Of a stretch of DNA of 64,000 nucleotides, positions 41,343-51,466 are shown one piece after another. Source of the DNA: an uncultured Chloroflexia bacterium (GTDB taxonomy: Bacteria; Chloroflexota; Anaerolineae; Anaerolineales; Anaerolineaceae). The notes under the pieces are model-generated. The model made no database searches and was not told the DNA's origin. It worked only from the letters and a program-made list of their open reading frames with translations. A program made the position numbers and the translations under genes. Each line of letters begins with the position of its first letter. Positions within the stretch are counted from its first letter, which is position 1. The stretch covers positions 3,499-67,498 of the forward strand of contig CAWCAN010000006.1 of NCBI GenBank assembly GCA_963793615.1, written 5' to 3'.

Positions 41343-41988
41343 ATGACATCACAGATTACCCAGTTTTTACAACAATTAACTCAAGACGAAATCGGGTTAT
41401 ATCGTTCTCTTAACACCCCTGAACGGGTGCAGGCATTTCTGGATCAGACCACGTATTCCTCTGATCATTTTTACCGCAACCCGATCAGGGTGCTGCGCGA
41501 GCGGATTGCCAACTGCCTGGACGGAGCCCTCTTTGCAGCTGCCTGCCTGCGCCAGAGCGGTTACCCACCCAGGGTGATTGACCTGGTGCCGGAGCCTGGA
41601 ACAGATGACGACCACTTTATTGCAGTTTATAAACTTAATGGATTATGGGGAGCGGTAGCCAAATCCAACTTTGCAGGATTGCGCTACCGTGAGCCAATTT
41701 ATCACACGGCGCGTGACCTGGTGCTATCGTATTTTGAACAATACTTTAACACGGCAGGTATGAAGACCCTGCGCGCCTATACCAGACCATTCAACCTGGC
41801 GAAGTTGGACTCGGTTGGCTGGATGTATCAGCGATGAAGGAATGGATGCGGTGGAGCGGGCATCCTATGGCTGGAAGCAGGTGACACTCTTTAGCCCGGA
41901 AGTGATTGCTGGGTTTATGACGGTGGATGAACGAACGCTGAAGGCGGGATTGGCTGGTGCAAACCAGGCGGGGTTGTATAAGGGGTAA
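41343..41988 (+). CDS. transglutaminase-like cysteine-protease-fold protein (frame break ~41830)
   Basis: ORF 41343..41837 has a candidate Cys/His/Asp arrangement (ANCLDGALF ... DDDHFIAVY). A shifted frame continues DEGMDAVERASYGWKQV...GLYKG* to 41988. Confidence 0.55.
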
Positions 41989-41992
41989 TAAT

Positions 41993-42235
41993 CCCTCACC
42001 AAACCTCAACCCTTCGGGCATTTCGTCCCAGATGGAGAGGAATTATGCGTTTGCCATCATTTAGCCTCACCCATAGGGAGATTGATTAATGGATTTTGGT
42101 TTTCTTAGTTAGAATCGTATTTTAACGAGTTTTTCGTCATTGAGCTGTATATAGGTGTTCTTGCTTAATATTCACAATCTACATATGAAATGAAATCGAT
42201 TATCTCCTCTCCCTTGGGAGAGGCTGGGTGAGGGG
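41993..42235. repeat. copies of a ~35-52-bp hairpin repeat family (ccctcaccc..cctct(a)ccc..gggagagg) upstream of the DUF559 gene
   Basis: Long copy at 41993..42044, short partial copy at ~42063..42082, and an inverted short copy at 42205..42235 (ctcctctcccttgggagaggctgggtgaggg). Confidence 0.7.
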
Positions 42236-42274
42236 GGAACCTGAGAAATTAAAGATAAATAAATTTGCACTCTT

Positions 42275-42634
42275 TTATGTCACAAAACTTTTGCGTATTG
42301 CTTCGATCACCGAATCCAATTGTTTGAAAACCATCTCATTGGTAAATCGTATCACACGATAACCTTGTCCTTCCAGCCAGGCAGTCCGACTTAAGTCATA
42401 CTTCACCTGGTCAATATGCGTTCCACCATCAATTTCAATTATTAATTTTTCTTCAAAACAGCAAAAATCCACGATGTAGTTTCCGATTGGAAATTGGCGT
42501 TTGAATTTGAGACCGTCCATCTGGCGATTTCGCAAGCTCCGCCAGAGGATCTTTTCTGCAGGGGTCTGGTTTTGACGAAGTTGGCGGGCATTATTTAGTA
42601 TTAGTGGTTTGATAGATTTCATCTTTTCCCTCAC
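42275..42634 (-). CDS. DUF559 (Vsr-like fold) endonuclease-domain protein
   Basis: LRQNQTPAEKILWRSLRNRQMDGLKFKRQFPIGNYIVDFCCFEEKLIIEIDGGTH...GYRVIRFTNEMV is the canonical DUF559 pattern. Confidence 0.8.
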   Translation of the reverse strand: MREKMKSIKPLILNNARQLRQNQTPAEKILWRSLRNRQMDGLKFKRQFPIGNYIVDFCCFEEKLIIEIDGGTHIDQVKYDLSRTAWLEGQGYRVIRFTNEMVFKQLDSVIEAIRKSFVT

Positions 42635-43063
42635 CCAACCTCTACCCTACGGGCACTTCGTCCCAATGGGAGAGGAGTTCTGTGTTTGTACTTACTTTAG
42701 CAGTCCCATTTGAAAGGTGCCTGAATTTTTCCCTCACCTAACCTCTCCCTGAGGGAGAGGAATTTAGCATTAACATTCACCAAGCCTGTTCCGGGTGAAG
42801 AGACAACAATATTTACCCTCACCCCACCTCTACCCTACGGGCACTTCGTCCCAAAGGGAGAGGAGTTTTACCTCATACAACCTCTACCCTGCGGGCACTT
42901 CGTCCCAGAGGGAGTGGAGTTCTGCGTGTTCCCTAACTAAACTGCTTCCATGGGAAAAGTAACTGAATTTTACCCTCACCCAACCTCTCGCAGGTGGAGG
43001 AGTTTTGCATTTACCCTCACCTTACCTCTACCCTACGGGCACTTCGTCCCAAGGGAGAGGAAT
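42628..43063. repeat. array of at least 6 further copies of the ccctcaccc...gggagaggagtt hairpin repeat (long and short forms)
   Basis: Copies at ~42628..42679, 42731..42774, 42816..42868, 42870..42921, 42973..43005 and 43014..43063. The inter-copy segments are themselves related to each other. Confidence 0.8.
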
Positions 43064-43710
43064 CTGAGCTTTAATCCTAACCTAACCTTTAATTTGCGAG
43101 CATTTTGAAACCTGGAGAGAAAATCCATCATGCCTTCAAGTAAATGCAGGTATTTTTTCCGGAATTTGGCAACTTTTGGGGCGACCACGAACTGGCAATA
43201 CCCCTGGGATGGATTACGGGCGAAGTACTCCTGGTGATATTCCTCGGCAGGATAAAAAGCATCCTGGGGTACCACCTGGGTCACAATCGGGTTATCCCAA
43301 ATCTTTTCCAGTTCAAGCTGTTGGATCACCGCCTCAGCAGCCGTTTTCTGATTTGCATTAACATAAAAGATTGCGGATCGATACTGGCTGCCCACATCCG
43401 CTCCCTGGCGATTAAGCGTGGTGGGGTCGTGAATACTGAAAAAGATATGCAGCAAATTCTCAAAAGTGATTTGTTCTGGATCGAAAGTCACCTGCACCAC
43501 TTCGGCGTGACCAGTTTCTCCCGTGCAGACCTGCTGATAGGTTGGTTCCGGAATCTGCCCTCCGGCATATCCAGAGACAACATCCGTAACACCAATTACC
43601 TGGTCAAAAACCGCCTCCAGGCACCAAAAACAACCGCCTGCAAGATAGGCAACTTCAAGGTTATTTTTGCCAACATCCGTTTGATTTATCATGGGAAATT
43701 CTCCTGACAA
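43033..43710 (-). CDS. msrA: peptide-methionine (S)-S-oxide reductase
   Basis: GGCFWCLEAVF active-site motif, GHAEVVQVTFDP and YHQEYF. The last ~10 codons of the ORF run into a repeat copy, so the true stop is uncertain. Confidence 0.85.
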   Translation of the reverse strand: MSGEFPMINQTDVGKNNLEVAYLAGGCFWCLEAVFDQVIGVTDVVSGYAGGQIPEPTYQQVCTGETGHAEVVQVTFDPEQITFENLLHIFFSIHDPTTLNRQGADVGSQYRSAIFYVNANQKTAAEAVIQQLELEKIWDNPIVTQVVPQDAFYPAEEYHQEYFARNPSQGYCQFVVAPKVAKFRKKYLHLLEGMMDFLSRFQNARKLKVRLGLKLRFLSLGTKCP

Positions 43711-43730
43711 TAATTAGTACCGGTAATAAT

Positions 43731-43762
43731 AAAAACGAACCCGGGCATTTCTGCCTGGGTTC
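43731..43762 (-). terminator. rho-independent terminator after nrdJ
   Basis: The minus strand reads gaacccaggc agaaat gcccgggttc, followed by gtttttatt. Confidence 0.7.
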
Positions 43763-43806
43763 AATTGTAGTCTATCGGAATTATGAATTCAAGCCAGTCT
43801 GGATAC

Positions 43807-46374
43807 CTAACACTCACTATACCCGCAGGCGTAACACTTTCGGCAGCCTTCTTCATTTACCACGGCTGCCTGGCCGCACTCCGGGCATAAATCTCCCACC
43901 TTTTGTAAGGGCATTTCGGTTTCGTGGATGGTGACTTCTTCATTTTCCAATTCAACACCTATCTCACTGGTATGGGTATAGGTAAGGTTCTGCATCTCAT
44001 TTTCGCGAGCCTGGAGATACTCCTCGAGAACCTGCCCGATTCCGTCTGGCAGACTTCGTACCCGGTTGGGACCAAAACCAAGCGACCGTCCGCCACCAAT
44101 GCCGTTTAACTGGGTGATGACCTCTTTCATGCGGTCACTGGGTAAAATGGGAGAGGAAATGCGCAGAATATAGGAGACCAGGCGTCCAATCGCTTCGGAC
44201 ACAGAAGCGGTATCCGAACCTGCTTTGGCAGTGTTGATGAACACTTCAAATGGCTGGTGACCACCATTTTCGTTGATGGTCACAAAGGCTTTACCCAAAG
44301 GTGTCTCGACTGTATAGGTATAACCTGGCAGCGATCGTGGGCGGGGTTTTTTCGTGTCTGGCCAGATGGGTGGTTGATACACATATGTACCTTCCACTTT
44401 CTTTTCTGCAGTGGCTTTTGTTTCCAGCACCACTTTTTCCCGCGAATTGGTTACATAAACCGTTATACCTTTACAACCCAGTTTCCATGCCAGTTGATAT
44501 GCCATGGCAATATCATTGGGCGTGGCACCTTCCGGGAAATTGATTGTTTTAGAGAGGCTGTTATCCACAAATGCCTGCATAGCTGCCTGCATGCGGACGT
44601 GCTCATCTGCAGTGACATCCATTGAAACCACAAATACGTTCCGAATGGATTCAGGTACGGCATCAACATTCTGGCAGGAGCCTTCTTCCATGACCTGGTT
44701 CAAAATCTCCTGGCGTTCTTCACCACTTATTTCTGCTTCATCCAATGCCCGTTCAAAGAGCGGGCTGGTATAGGAAAGTGCCAGGTCGGTGCCGTTATCA
44801 TTTACATGACGCACATACGCCAGGGCGAATACAGGTTCACAGCCATAGCCTTCACAGCCTGCCACGGTAGCAATGGTACCGGTAGGTGCAATGGTTGTCT
44901 GGGCTGCATTTCGAATGCCATGTTCCAAAATCCCCCTGGTGATGACCTTCCCAATCGATGGATGGGACGGTTCCAATCCCGGGTGTATTCGATAATGGAA
45001 ACAGGCGGCTGCCACTGGAAGTTTTCTTTGTTGTAGATACTTTTGGATATACCGGGAAATGGTCCACGTTCTTTTGCCAGCTCAATTGACGTTTGCATAC
45101 TGAAATAGCGCACAAATTCCATCACCTGGGCGGCAAATTCCTGTCCCTCTTCTGAACCATAGCGGATACCCACATGGTACATCAGGTCAGCCAGCCCCAT
45201 GATGCCCAGCCCGATGCGGCGGTTTTTCAACGCGGCTTCCTTCAGTTGTGGCACTGCCGGTACATACTGGTTGGCGTCGACCACATCATCCAGGAAACGG
45301 GTAGATGTAATGGCACTTTGGCGCAGCTTTTCCCAATCCACCTGATGGTCAGGAGCAAAGTGCTGGGCAAGATTGATGGAACCCAGGCAGCAACTCTCAT
45401 ACGGTCCCAGCCACTGTTCACCGCATGGGTTGGTGGCTTCCAGGGCATATTGCTCCGAAACCGGATTGCCGCGATTGGCGGCATCCAAAAACAATAAACC
45501 TGGTTCACCGTTGTGATGAGCCTGTTTCACAATCAATTCAAAAATCTGGCGGGCGCGCACGGTTTTATACACTTTTACCGGCATACCTGCTTTATCCACC
45601 TGGTCCAGGCTGCCATCGAAGCTGCGATACAACGGGAAGCCAACATCCGGAAACCGTAAATCCCAATCTAAATCTTCCTCCACAGCCTTCATGAAAGCAT
45701 CGGTTATGCCGACAGAAATATTGAAGTTGGTGATGGCATTTTCATTTGTTTTACAGGTGATGAAATCTTCGATATCAGGGTGATCCACCCGCAGAACAGC
45801 CATGTTAGCACCACGGCGGGTGCCGCCCTGGGCAACTTCGCCGAAAGCATGGTCATACACTTTGAGAAAGCCAACCGGTCCGGTGGCTCGCCCGGCGGAT
45901 GTTTTTACAATCGTGCCTTTCGGGCGCAGCCGTGAAAAGGCAAAGCCATTACCACCGCCGGTTTGCTGGATAAGTGCGGCATCCCGCAGCGTGGAAAAAA
46001 TTCCAGTCGAGGCTTTTCCCATGTCATCGCTGATGGGCAGAACAAAACAGGCTGCAAGCTGACCAAGCGGGGTACCAGCACCTGTAAATGTGGGTGAATT
46101 GGGGAAGAAGTTTATTCCTGCCAGGAGTTCATAATACTCCCGGGCGTACGATATTACATCCTTCCCCCAGTTTTTTTCCACTTTGGCGATATGATAGGCC
46201 ACCCGCCAGAACATTTCTTCGACAAATTCGCAAGGATTGCCATCATCCCCCGCCGAACATATCTTTTAACAACACCTGCCTGGCGTTATCCCCCATTTTT
46301 GCTTCGGGTAAACCTTCTGGCATGGGAGGCGTTTGAAGCAATCCATGCTTTTCAATCTTGACGGTAGCAACCAT
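43807..46374 (-). CDS. nrdJ: class II (adenosylcobalamin-dependent) ribonucleotide reductase (frame breaks ~44970 and ~46215-46250)
   Basis: N-terminus [11 protein letters not shown]... has its ATG at 46374, 1 nt after the nrdR stop. ORF 44802..46214 carries the catalytic core (NPCGEQ). ORF 43807..45015 carries APTGTI and the C-terminal CPECG...[12 protein letters not shown] zinc ribbon. Confidence 0.85.
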
Positions 46375-46375
46375 G

Positions 46376-46837
46376 TTAAATACTCCTTATGACTTCTAAT
46401 AGTTCGTCGATCTCGTTCCGAATGGTATGCAGGTCGTCCATATGAAGATAAACAATTGCATAACGAATATAGGCAATCAAATCCAGTGTTTTTAATCCAT
46501 CAATGACCATGTCGCCAACCAGGCGGGATGGTACTTCTGCTTTCCCCAGTTGCTGCAGACGGGCTTCAATTTCACCCACCAGTCTTTCAATATCTGCTGC
46601 AGAAACGGGTCGTTTGGCACAGGAAATGCGAACTCCATGCAGCAACTTGTCCCGGTCAAATTCTTCACGGGAACCGTCTTTTTTAACGATCATAGGCGTT
46701 GCCAGGATGGGTCGCTCAATGGTTGTGAAGCGCTGTTGGCAGCTTTCACACTCGCGGCGTCTTCTGACGCCACCGCGGCTATCTCGAGTGGTATCTAAAA
46801 CCTTTGACTCTTCATGCTGGCAATACGGACATCGCAT
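46376..46837 (-). CDS. nrdR: transcriptional repressor NrdR
   Basis: MRCPYCQHEESKVLDT...CESCQQRFTT zinc ribbon plus an ATP-cone. The ATG is at 46837. Confidence 0.9.
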   Translation of the reverse strand: MRCPYCQHEESKVLDTTRDSRGGVRRRRECESCQQRFTTIERPILATPMIVKKDGSREEFDRDKLLHGVRISCAKRPVSAADIERLVGEIEARLQQLGKAEVPSRLVGDMVIDGLKTLDLIAYIRYAIVYLHMDDLHTIRNEIDELLEVIRSI

Positions 46838-46899
46838 TTTTGCTCTCCGACCTGAATGAATGGGTGCCGTTGCGTAGTGAGTGCCGCTCGAAAACACAA

Positions 46900-46915
46900 C
46901 CCCCATATATGGGGG
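46900..46915. promoter_or_regulatory. candidate NrdR box: perfect 16-bp palindrome CCCCCATATATGGGGG
   Basis: Lies 63-78 nt upstream of the nrdR start. Its central C-ATATAT-G core matches the remembered NrdR-box consensus (acaCwAtATaTwGtgt); the outer arms differ. Confidence 0.4.
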
Positions 46916-47052
46916 TATGCAATTTATGTGCCAGTACATCTGGCTGTAAACATTCTAGCATAAAGAAAATTGCGATGCAAGTAAAACCGCTTATTTTAAT
47001 CTTAAAATATAGAACAGAATTCCTTAAAGAATTCCGGGTTATAATCAGGCGC

Positions 47053-47967
47053 ATGTGTTCATATATATCCCCCAGGCGGCGTGTACTAATCGGGTTGATA
47101 TTGATGCTTCTAATCCTTACTGGATGTGTTCGACCCAGCCCGGATGACTCAACTGCCTTACCATCACCTGTAATACAAAAGTCTTCAACACCTGCAATTC
47201 CAACCTCCACACCATTGCCGTTGGCACTTGAGGTAAATGGAGAAGGTGTGCTGCTGGCTGATTATGATTCTGAGCTGGCGCGATTGCAAATGGCGCTGGT
47301 CGAACTAGGAACGGAAATGCCAGAGCAGGAGCAAAAGCAGCGGGTTCTTGACCAATTGATTGATACCACACTGCTTTCGCAAGAAGCCATAAAGGCAGGT
47401 TTTACGCTTGAAGATGCCCAGGTTCAAGAAAGGCTGGACACCCTTGCCACGGAAATGGGTGGCAGTGTAACTCTTATGGATTGGATGAACACTTACGGGT
47501 ATGATGATGCATCCTTACTGCGCACATTAAAACGATCCATGCTTGCTGCCTGGCAGAGAGATCAGATCACTGCGGCTGTGGGAGATACTGCTGACCAGGT
47601 ACATGCCCGCCAGATTCGGGTGGGGGAAGAAGCGGTAGCACAAACTTATTTTGCCAGGTTACAATCTGGTATAGATTTTGCAACGATAGCACTAGAAGAG
47701 GATCCGCTAACCGGCGGAGAACTGGGTTGGTTCCCACAAGGATATTTGCTGCAGCCTGAACTTAATGATATAGTTTTCACCCTTAACCCAGGTGAATACA
47801 GCCAGGTGATTGAAACACAAATTGGATATCATATTATCCAGGTAATTGAAAGAGATGCACAGCACGCCTTAACATCCGAGACACGCCAATTTTTACAGCA
47901 CAAAGCGCTGGAAGACTGGCTGGTAAAGCAAAAAGAAAGTGCTGTTATCAAAGTGTTGGTACCATAA
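47053..47967 (+). CDS. PpiC/parvulin-type peptidyl-prolyl isomerase lipoprotein (SurA/PrsA-like)
   Basis: Lipobox LILTGC after the Met at 47053. Parvulin domain HARQIRV...GGELGWFPQG...IGYHIIQV. The listed ORF start at 46804 overlaps nrdR and is not credible. Confidence 0.75.
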   Translation: MCSYISPRRRVLIGLILMLLILTGCVRPSPDDSTALPSPVIQKSSTPAIPTSTPLPLALEVNGEGVLLADYDSELARLQMALVELGTEMPEQEQKQRVLDQLIDTTLLSQEAIKAGFTLEDAQVQERLDTLATEMGGSVTLMDWMNTYGYDDASLLRTLKRSMLAAWQRDQITAAVGDTADQVHARQIRVGEEAVAQTYFARLQSGIDFATIALEEDPLTGGELGWFPQGYLLQPELNDIVFTLNPGEYSQVIETQIGYHIIQVIERDAQHALTSETRQFLQHKALEDWLVKQKESAVIKVLVP

Positions 47968-47997
47968 GTATCAGAATCAGGAAGTTGAGAGGTAGTT

Positions 47998-49074
47998 ATG
48001 CCCGTCGTTGAACCAGAACTATACATTGAGCGTGAAGAAAAGCAACTTTCCCGTTTTGGTTTCTTTTGGAATTTTCTATCCTTTCTCTTGATGGTTGGCA
48101 TCCTGTTGTTTGCTGGCATTTTCTTTTTAATTTTTCGTGACCCTGCCTCGGCAGTCAATCCGTTTCCACCACCTACCATGCCTGCCCGGGTCATCATCCC
48201 CTCCGCAACTTTCGCAGCCACGGATCCATTTGTGGCTCCAATTACTACCGACCTGGCGACTACTGCAAGCCTTGTTACCGATACTGTTGTTGAGACTCCG
48301 CAACCCACTGCTGGATTGCCGATTGTGACCATGGCGCCTTCTATTGCTGTTGTGGATCCAACCCAGGAAATCCCATCACCAACCAGTGGTGTAAATTCTG
48401 CTTACCCGTTTGCGCTGCAATCACAACCGGCTGCGATTCAAGCCGCAGTTTTATACCCGGATCGTGATTGTAAATGGATGGGGGTGGGTGGACAGGTTTT
48501 GGATATGCAGGGACGCCCTTACACAGGTATCACCATTCAAATGGGCGGTTTTATTGATGGAAATTCTGTCTACCTTACCAGCCTGACCGGAACTGCTCTC
48601 CAGTATGGACCTGCAGGGTATGAATTTACGATTGCAGACGCACCGATTGCCAGCAAGAGTATGTTATGGCTGCGATTGGTTGATCAAGCCGGATTAGCTC
48701 TTTCCGAGCGGATTTATTTTGACACTTTTGACCAATGTGGTCAAAACCTGGTTGTGATTAATTTCAAGCAGGTTAAAGTAAACTATCCGATTGTTCTGCG
48801 TGGAGTGATGGTAATTGTTTCATCTCCCGCCAATAATCCCGTCAGTGGCAGCGCAGGCAATTCCATGACCCTGCCGTTCATAAAAAAAGCAAAATCAAAG
48901 CCGGTCAAGTCACCGGCTTTTTTGCCGGGTACAGGCATAAGGCGGGCAGTCAGGGGTTTATTCAACCTCATTGACAATGCAGCAACATCCAGTAAAATTG
49001 CAGATAATTGTTCAGGGGTGGAATCACCGGGGAGGGGGACAGTATCCAGACCAGTTCCGCAAACGGTGGAATAG
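47998..49074 (+). CDS. hypothetical membrane-anchored protein (N-terminal TM, Pro/Thr-rich linker, beta-rich domain); 3' end doubtful
   Basis: RBS-like gagagg before the ATG at 47998. TM helix FFWNFLSFLLMVGILLFAGIFFLIF. The last ~290 nt are antisense to the DUF711 gene, so the real stop is probably near ~48790 and lost by a frame error. Confidence 0.4.
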   Translation: MPVVEPELYIEREEKQLSRFGFFWNFLSFLLMVGILLFAGIFFLIFRDPASAVNPFPPPTMPARVIIPSATFAATDPFVAPITTDLATTASLVTDTVVETPQPTAGLPIVTMAPSIAVVDPTQEIPSPTSGVNSAYPFALQSQPAAIQAAVLYPDRDCKWMGVGGQVLDMQGRPYTGITIQMGGFIDGNSVYLTSLTGTALQYGPAGYEFTIADAPIASKSMLWLRLVDQAGLALSERIYFDTFDQCGQNLVVINFKQVKVNYPIVLRGVMVIVSSPANNPVSGSAGNSMTLPFIKKAKSKPVKSPAFLPGTGIRRAVRGLFNLIDNAATSSKIADNCSGVESPGRGTVSRPVPQTVE

Positions 49075-50003
49075 AGCAGTAAATCCTTTATCCCAAATGT
49101 ATTATTTTCTGTTCGCTTTGCCAGGATGGAATCTTCCAACACGGGCAGCATCATGCCGTTAAACCCTGCTTTTTTCCAATTGCCATTGTCCAGCGCTGCA
49201 GCCAAAATTGCCGCTGCTGCCACACCTCCATGCATACCAATTTGAACTCCAAACGCTTCGATGGCTCCGCCTAAAGAGCAGTTATCCTCCGGGAAGGGGG
49301 CTGGGGAAAAATCAAAGCCGAAGAATTGAAGTTCCGTCTTGCTTGTTATTTCTGCGCATAGTTTTTCCAGTTTTGCAGCATGCTCTTCCAATTTTCTTTT
49401 TATATTGTTGCAGGCTGAAGTAATATCTGCGGAATTTTGGATGGTTTCAAGAACCACATCCGCACATTCGATTGCCAGGCTAAATCCGGGTTTTCCTCCA
49501 TCGTGATAGGCTGCCGGGAAAAAAGGTCCATGAGGTGCAACATTTGCCAGGGCAGCAAAACGAAGATTGGTAAATCCATCTGGAGTGAGCGGTGTGATTC
49601 TGGCAATAATTTGACCGCATTCCCTAATGGCAGGCAGGGATATTCCTTCATGCTTTTCAGCAATAATACCGGTACAAAAAACTTTCGTGGTATTGGCTAG
49701 GATAATTGGGATGAGTGGGTATGCCCACGGAATGTCAGATGAAGCGGGACCAATGGATAAGTAGGCAAATCCTGCTTCCTCAACTTTCAACTCCATTTGT
49801 TGTGCAAAAACACCTGCAGCGACAGGTTCATGCGGGAAGTAACCGGGAAAGGGCTGGGTAGCCAACCGCGTGGTTTGAACTTCATAACCTGCCTGTGAAA
49901 AAAGCTGCTTCCCCAGTTCCGCAGCCTGGGTGACTGCAGCCTGCTCCTGTATATTCCCCTGGGGAGTAATGGAAGTAAAACAAGTGATGGATCGAATTTT
50001 CAT
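48783..50003 (-). CDS. DUF711 / UPF0210-family protein
   Basis: MKIRSITCF...GPFFPAAYH...STVCGTGLDTVPLPGD is the characteristic UPF0210 pattern. Confidence 0.8.
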   Translation of the reverse strand: MKIRSITCFTSITPQGNIQEQAAVTQAAELGKQLFSQAGYEVQTTRLATQPFPGYFPHEPVAAGVFAQQMELKVEEAGFAYLSIGPASSDIPWAYPLIPIILANTTKVFCTGIIAEKHEGISLPAIRECGQIIARITPLTPDGFTNLRFAALANVAPHGPFFPAAYHDGGKPGFSLAIECADVVLETIQNSADITSACNNIKRKLEEHAAKLEKLCAEITSKTELQFFGFDFSPAPFPEDNCSLGGAIEAFGVQIGMHGGVAAAAILAAALDNGNWKKAGFNGMMLPVLEDSILAKRTENNTFGIKDLLLYSTVCGTGLDTVPLPGDSTPEQLSAILLDVAALSMRLNKPLTARLMPVPGKKAGDLTGFDFAFFMNGRVMELPALPLTGLLAGDETITITPRRTIG

Positions 50004-50791
50004 GAAGGGATACTCCTCTGACGGATGGCTTCAAAAATGAGTATGCCTGCGGCAACTGATGCGTTCAATGATTCTGCCTGACCAGGCATGGGAATGTGTA
50101 TTTTTCGATGGGGCAGGGTGTAGGCTTCTGCTGACATACCTTCAGCTTCATTACCAATCCCCAACAGCATCGGAGTTTTTAAATCCGCTTCCCAACAAGC
50201 AATGCCTTCCCTGACATCGCTAATCCAGAGATTGGGTGGGGTGGTTTTTTGTTTGGCAAGCCAGTCCCGAATGGCGTTCCAATCTGCACTGATTATCGGT
50301 AATCGGAAATGGGCACCCATCGCACTTCGTACCACCTTGGGTGAATACACATCCACAGTTCCAACGGTATATATTACAGCCTGTACTTCTGCTGCCAGGC
50401 AGGTGCGCAGCAAGGTACCCATGTTACCCGGATCACGAATTTGATCAGCCAGTACAATGAAATCTGCTTTTTCCGGAAGGGTCATGGTTTGCATGGGAAC
50501 AACCGCCAGGATACCTTGCGGGGTATCGGTATCTGAGAGCGATTTTAACAATGCTGGTGTTACTTCTTCTATTTCGCAGTTCAATGATTTCAATTTTTCC
50601 AATGCAGATTGCCCGCGTTCCGATAGCAACCCGGAAAATAGCACTAAATCGGGTCTCACTTGGGCAGTGATGGCTTCTTCAACAAGCCGAACACCTTCCA
50701 CTACATATTTCCGGTTTTGGGTGCGTTCCAGGTGTTGTGTAAGCAGTGCTCGAACGGTTTTGATGCGGGTATTTTGGGCGGAAGTTATCAT
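50000..50791 (-). CDS. TrmH/SpoU-family RNA 2'-O-methyltransferase (RlmB-like)
   Basis: SpoU motifs DQIRDPGNMGTLLRT, LLGIGNEAEGMS and IPMPGQAESLNASVAAGILIFE. ATGA overlap with the DUF711 gene. Confidence 0.85.
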   Translation of the reverse strand: MITSAQNTRIKTVRALLTQHLERTQNRKYVVEGVRLVEEAITAQVRPDLVLFSGLLSERGQSALEKLKSLNCEIEEVTPALLKSLSDTDTPQGILAVVPMQTMTLPEKADFIVLADQIRDPGNMGTLLRTCLAAEVQAVIYTVGTVDVYSPKVVRSAMGAHFRLPIISADWNAIRDWLAKQKTTPPNLWISDVREGIACWEADLKTPMLLGIGNEAEGMSAEAYTLPHRKIHIPMPGQAESLNASVAAGILIFEAIRQRSIPS

Positions 50792-50799
50792 GATTTCTC

Positions 50800-51382
50800 T
50801 TATGCTTTTGGAGGTTGAAGTTTTACCCAGGAAGTAAATGCAGATTTGAAAACCTGTAATGTGGCACCATCCAGAATTGTTATCCTGACCAATTGCAAAC
50901 TACTTTTCAGATGGGCAATAAAAAATGCAGCAACCTGCTCAAAGAAAATGGGTGCTGCTATTTCTTTTGGGAAACCAAATATCCCGGTTGAAATTGGCGG
51001 CATAGCAATCTTTTCCAGCTTCAGTTTTTCAGCCAGCGCCAACGCACCGGAAATTGCCAGGGCAAGTTTGCTTTCTTCATCGCCAGAACCCCAGATCGGT
51101 CCGACCGCATAAATCACATACTTACAGGGCAGCGAACCAGCACTTGTATATGCAGGCTGTTCGTGATCCACCTTCCCATATTTTTGTACCCATAAATTAC
51201 TTTCCTGTTGAATGATCCTGCCGCCTTTTTTGACAATTGCTCCAGCAACACCACCACCATGCTGCAGCCAGCCATTTGCAGCATTAACAATTGCATCAAC
51301 GGATTCTTCTGTCAGGTCCCCATGGACAATCTGCAGAATTTGACCGCTATCAAATGTATGCTCATAGGACCACGGAGTTCAT
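50800..51382 (-). CDS. macro-domain protein (ADP-ribose binding / deacetylase-like); frame break ~51365
   Basis: An open frame from ~51360 reads YEHTFDSGQILQIVHGDLTEESVDAIVNAANGWLQHGGGVAGAI...IAMPPISTGIFGFP. The only start (ATG at 51382, MNSVV) is in another frame. Confidence 0.7.
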
Positions 51383-51410
51383 ATTCTACCCTCTGAACAA
51401 TTTTACCCCG

Positions 51411-51446
51411 TTAAAAAGAAACGGGATGGTGGTTACACCATCCCGT
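51411..51446 (-). terminator. rho-independent terminator after rplT
   Basis: Stem acgggatggtg / caccatcccgt with loop gtta. On the minus strand it is followed by ttctttttaa. Confidence 0.75.
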
Positions 51447-51466
51447 AAGGATTTTAACTAGTTGAA

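Noticed and set aside
40309-43063. Possible CRISPR arrays, given the regularly recurring ~30-50-bp repeats
   Set aside because: The units at 40309-40596 are contiguous ~80-bp elements without spacers. At 42628-43063 the repeats are degenerate, occur in long and short forms and in both orientations. The inter-repeat segments are homologous to each other, and no cas genes are present.
46804-47052. Long N-terminal extension of the PpiC lipoprotein ORF, overlapping nrdR on the opposite strand
   Set aside because: The extension covers the nrdR promoter and 5' coding region and has no signal features. The Met at 47053 is followed directly by a lipobox signal peptide.
48783-49074. 290-nt antisense overlap between the hypothetical protein 47998..49074 and the DUF711 gene, as a possible genuine overlapping gene pair
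   Set aside because: DUF711 is conserved through this region, while the plus-strand tail (VLRGVMVIVSSPANNPVSGSAG...) looks like read-through. Given the frequent indels elsewhere, a lost stop near ~48790 is the simpler explanation.
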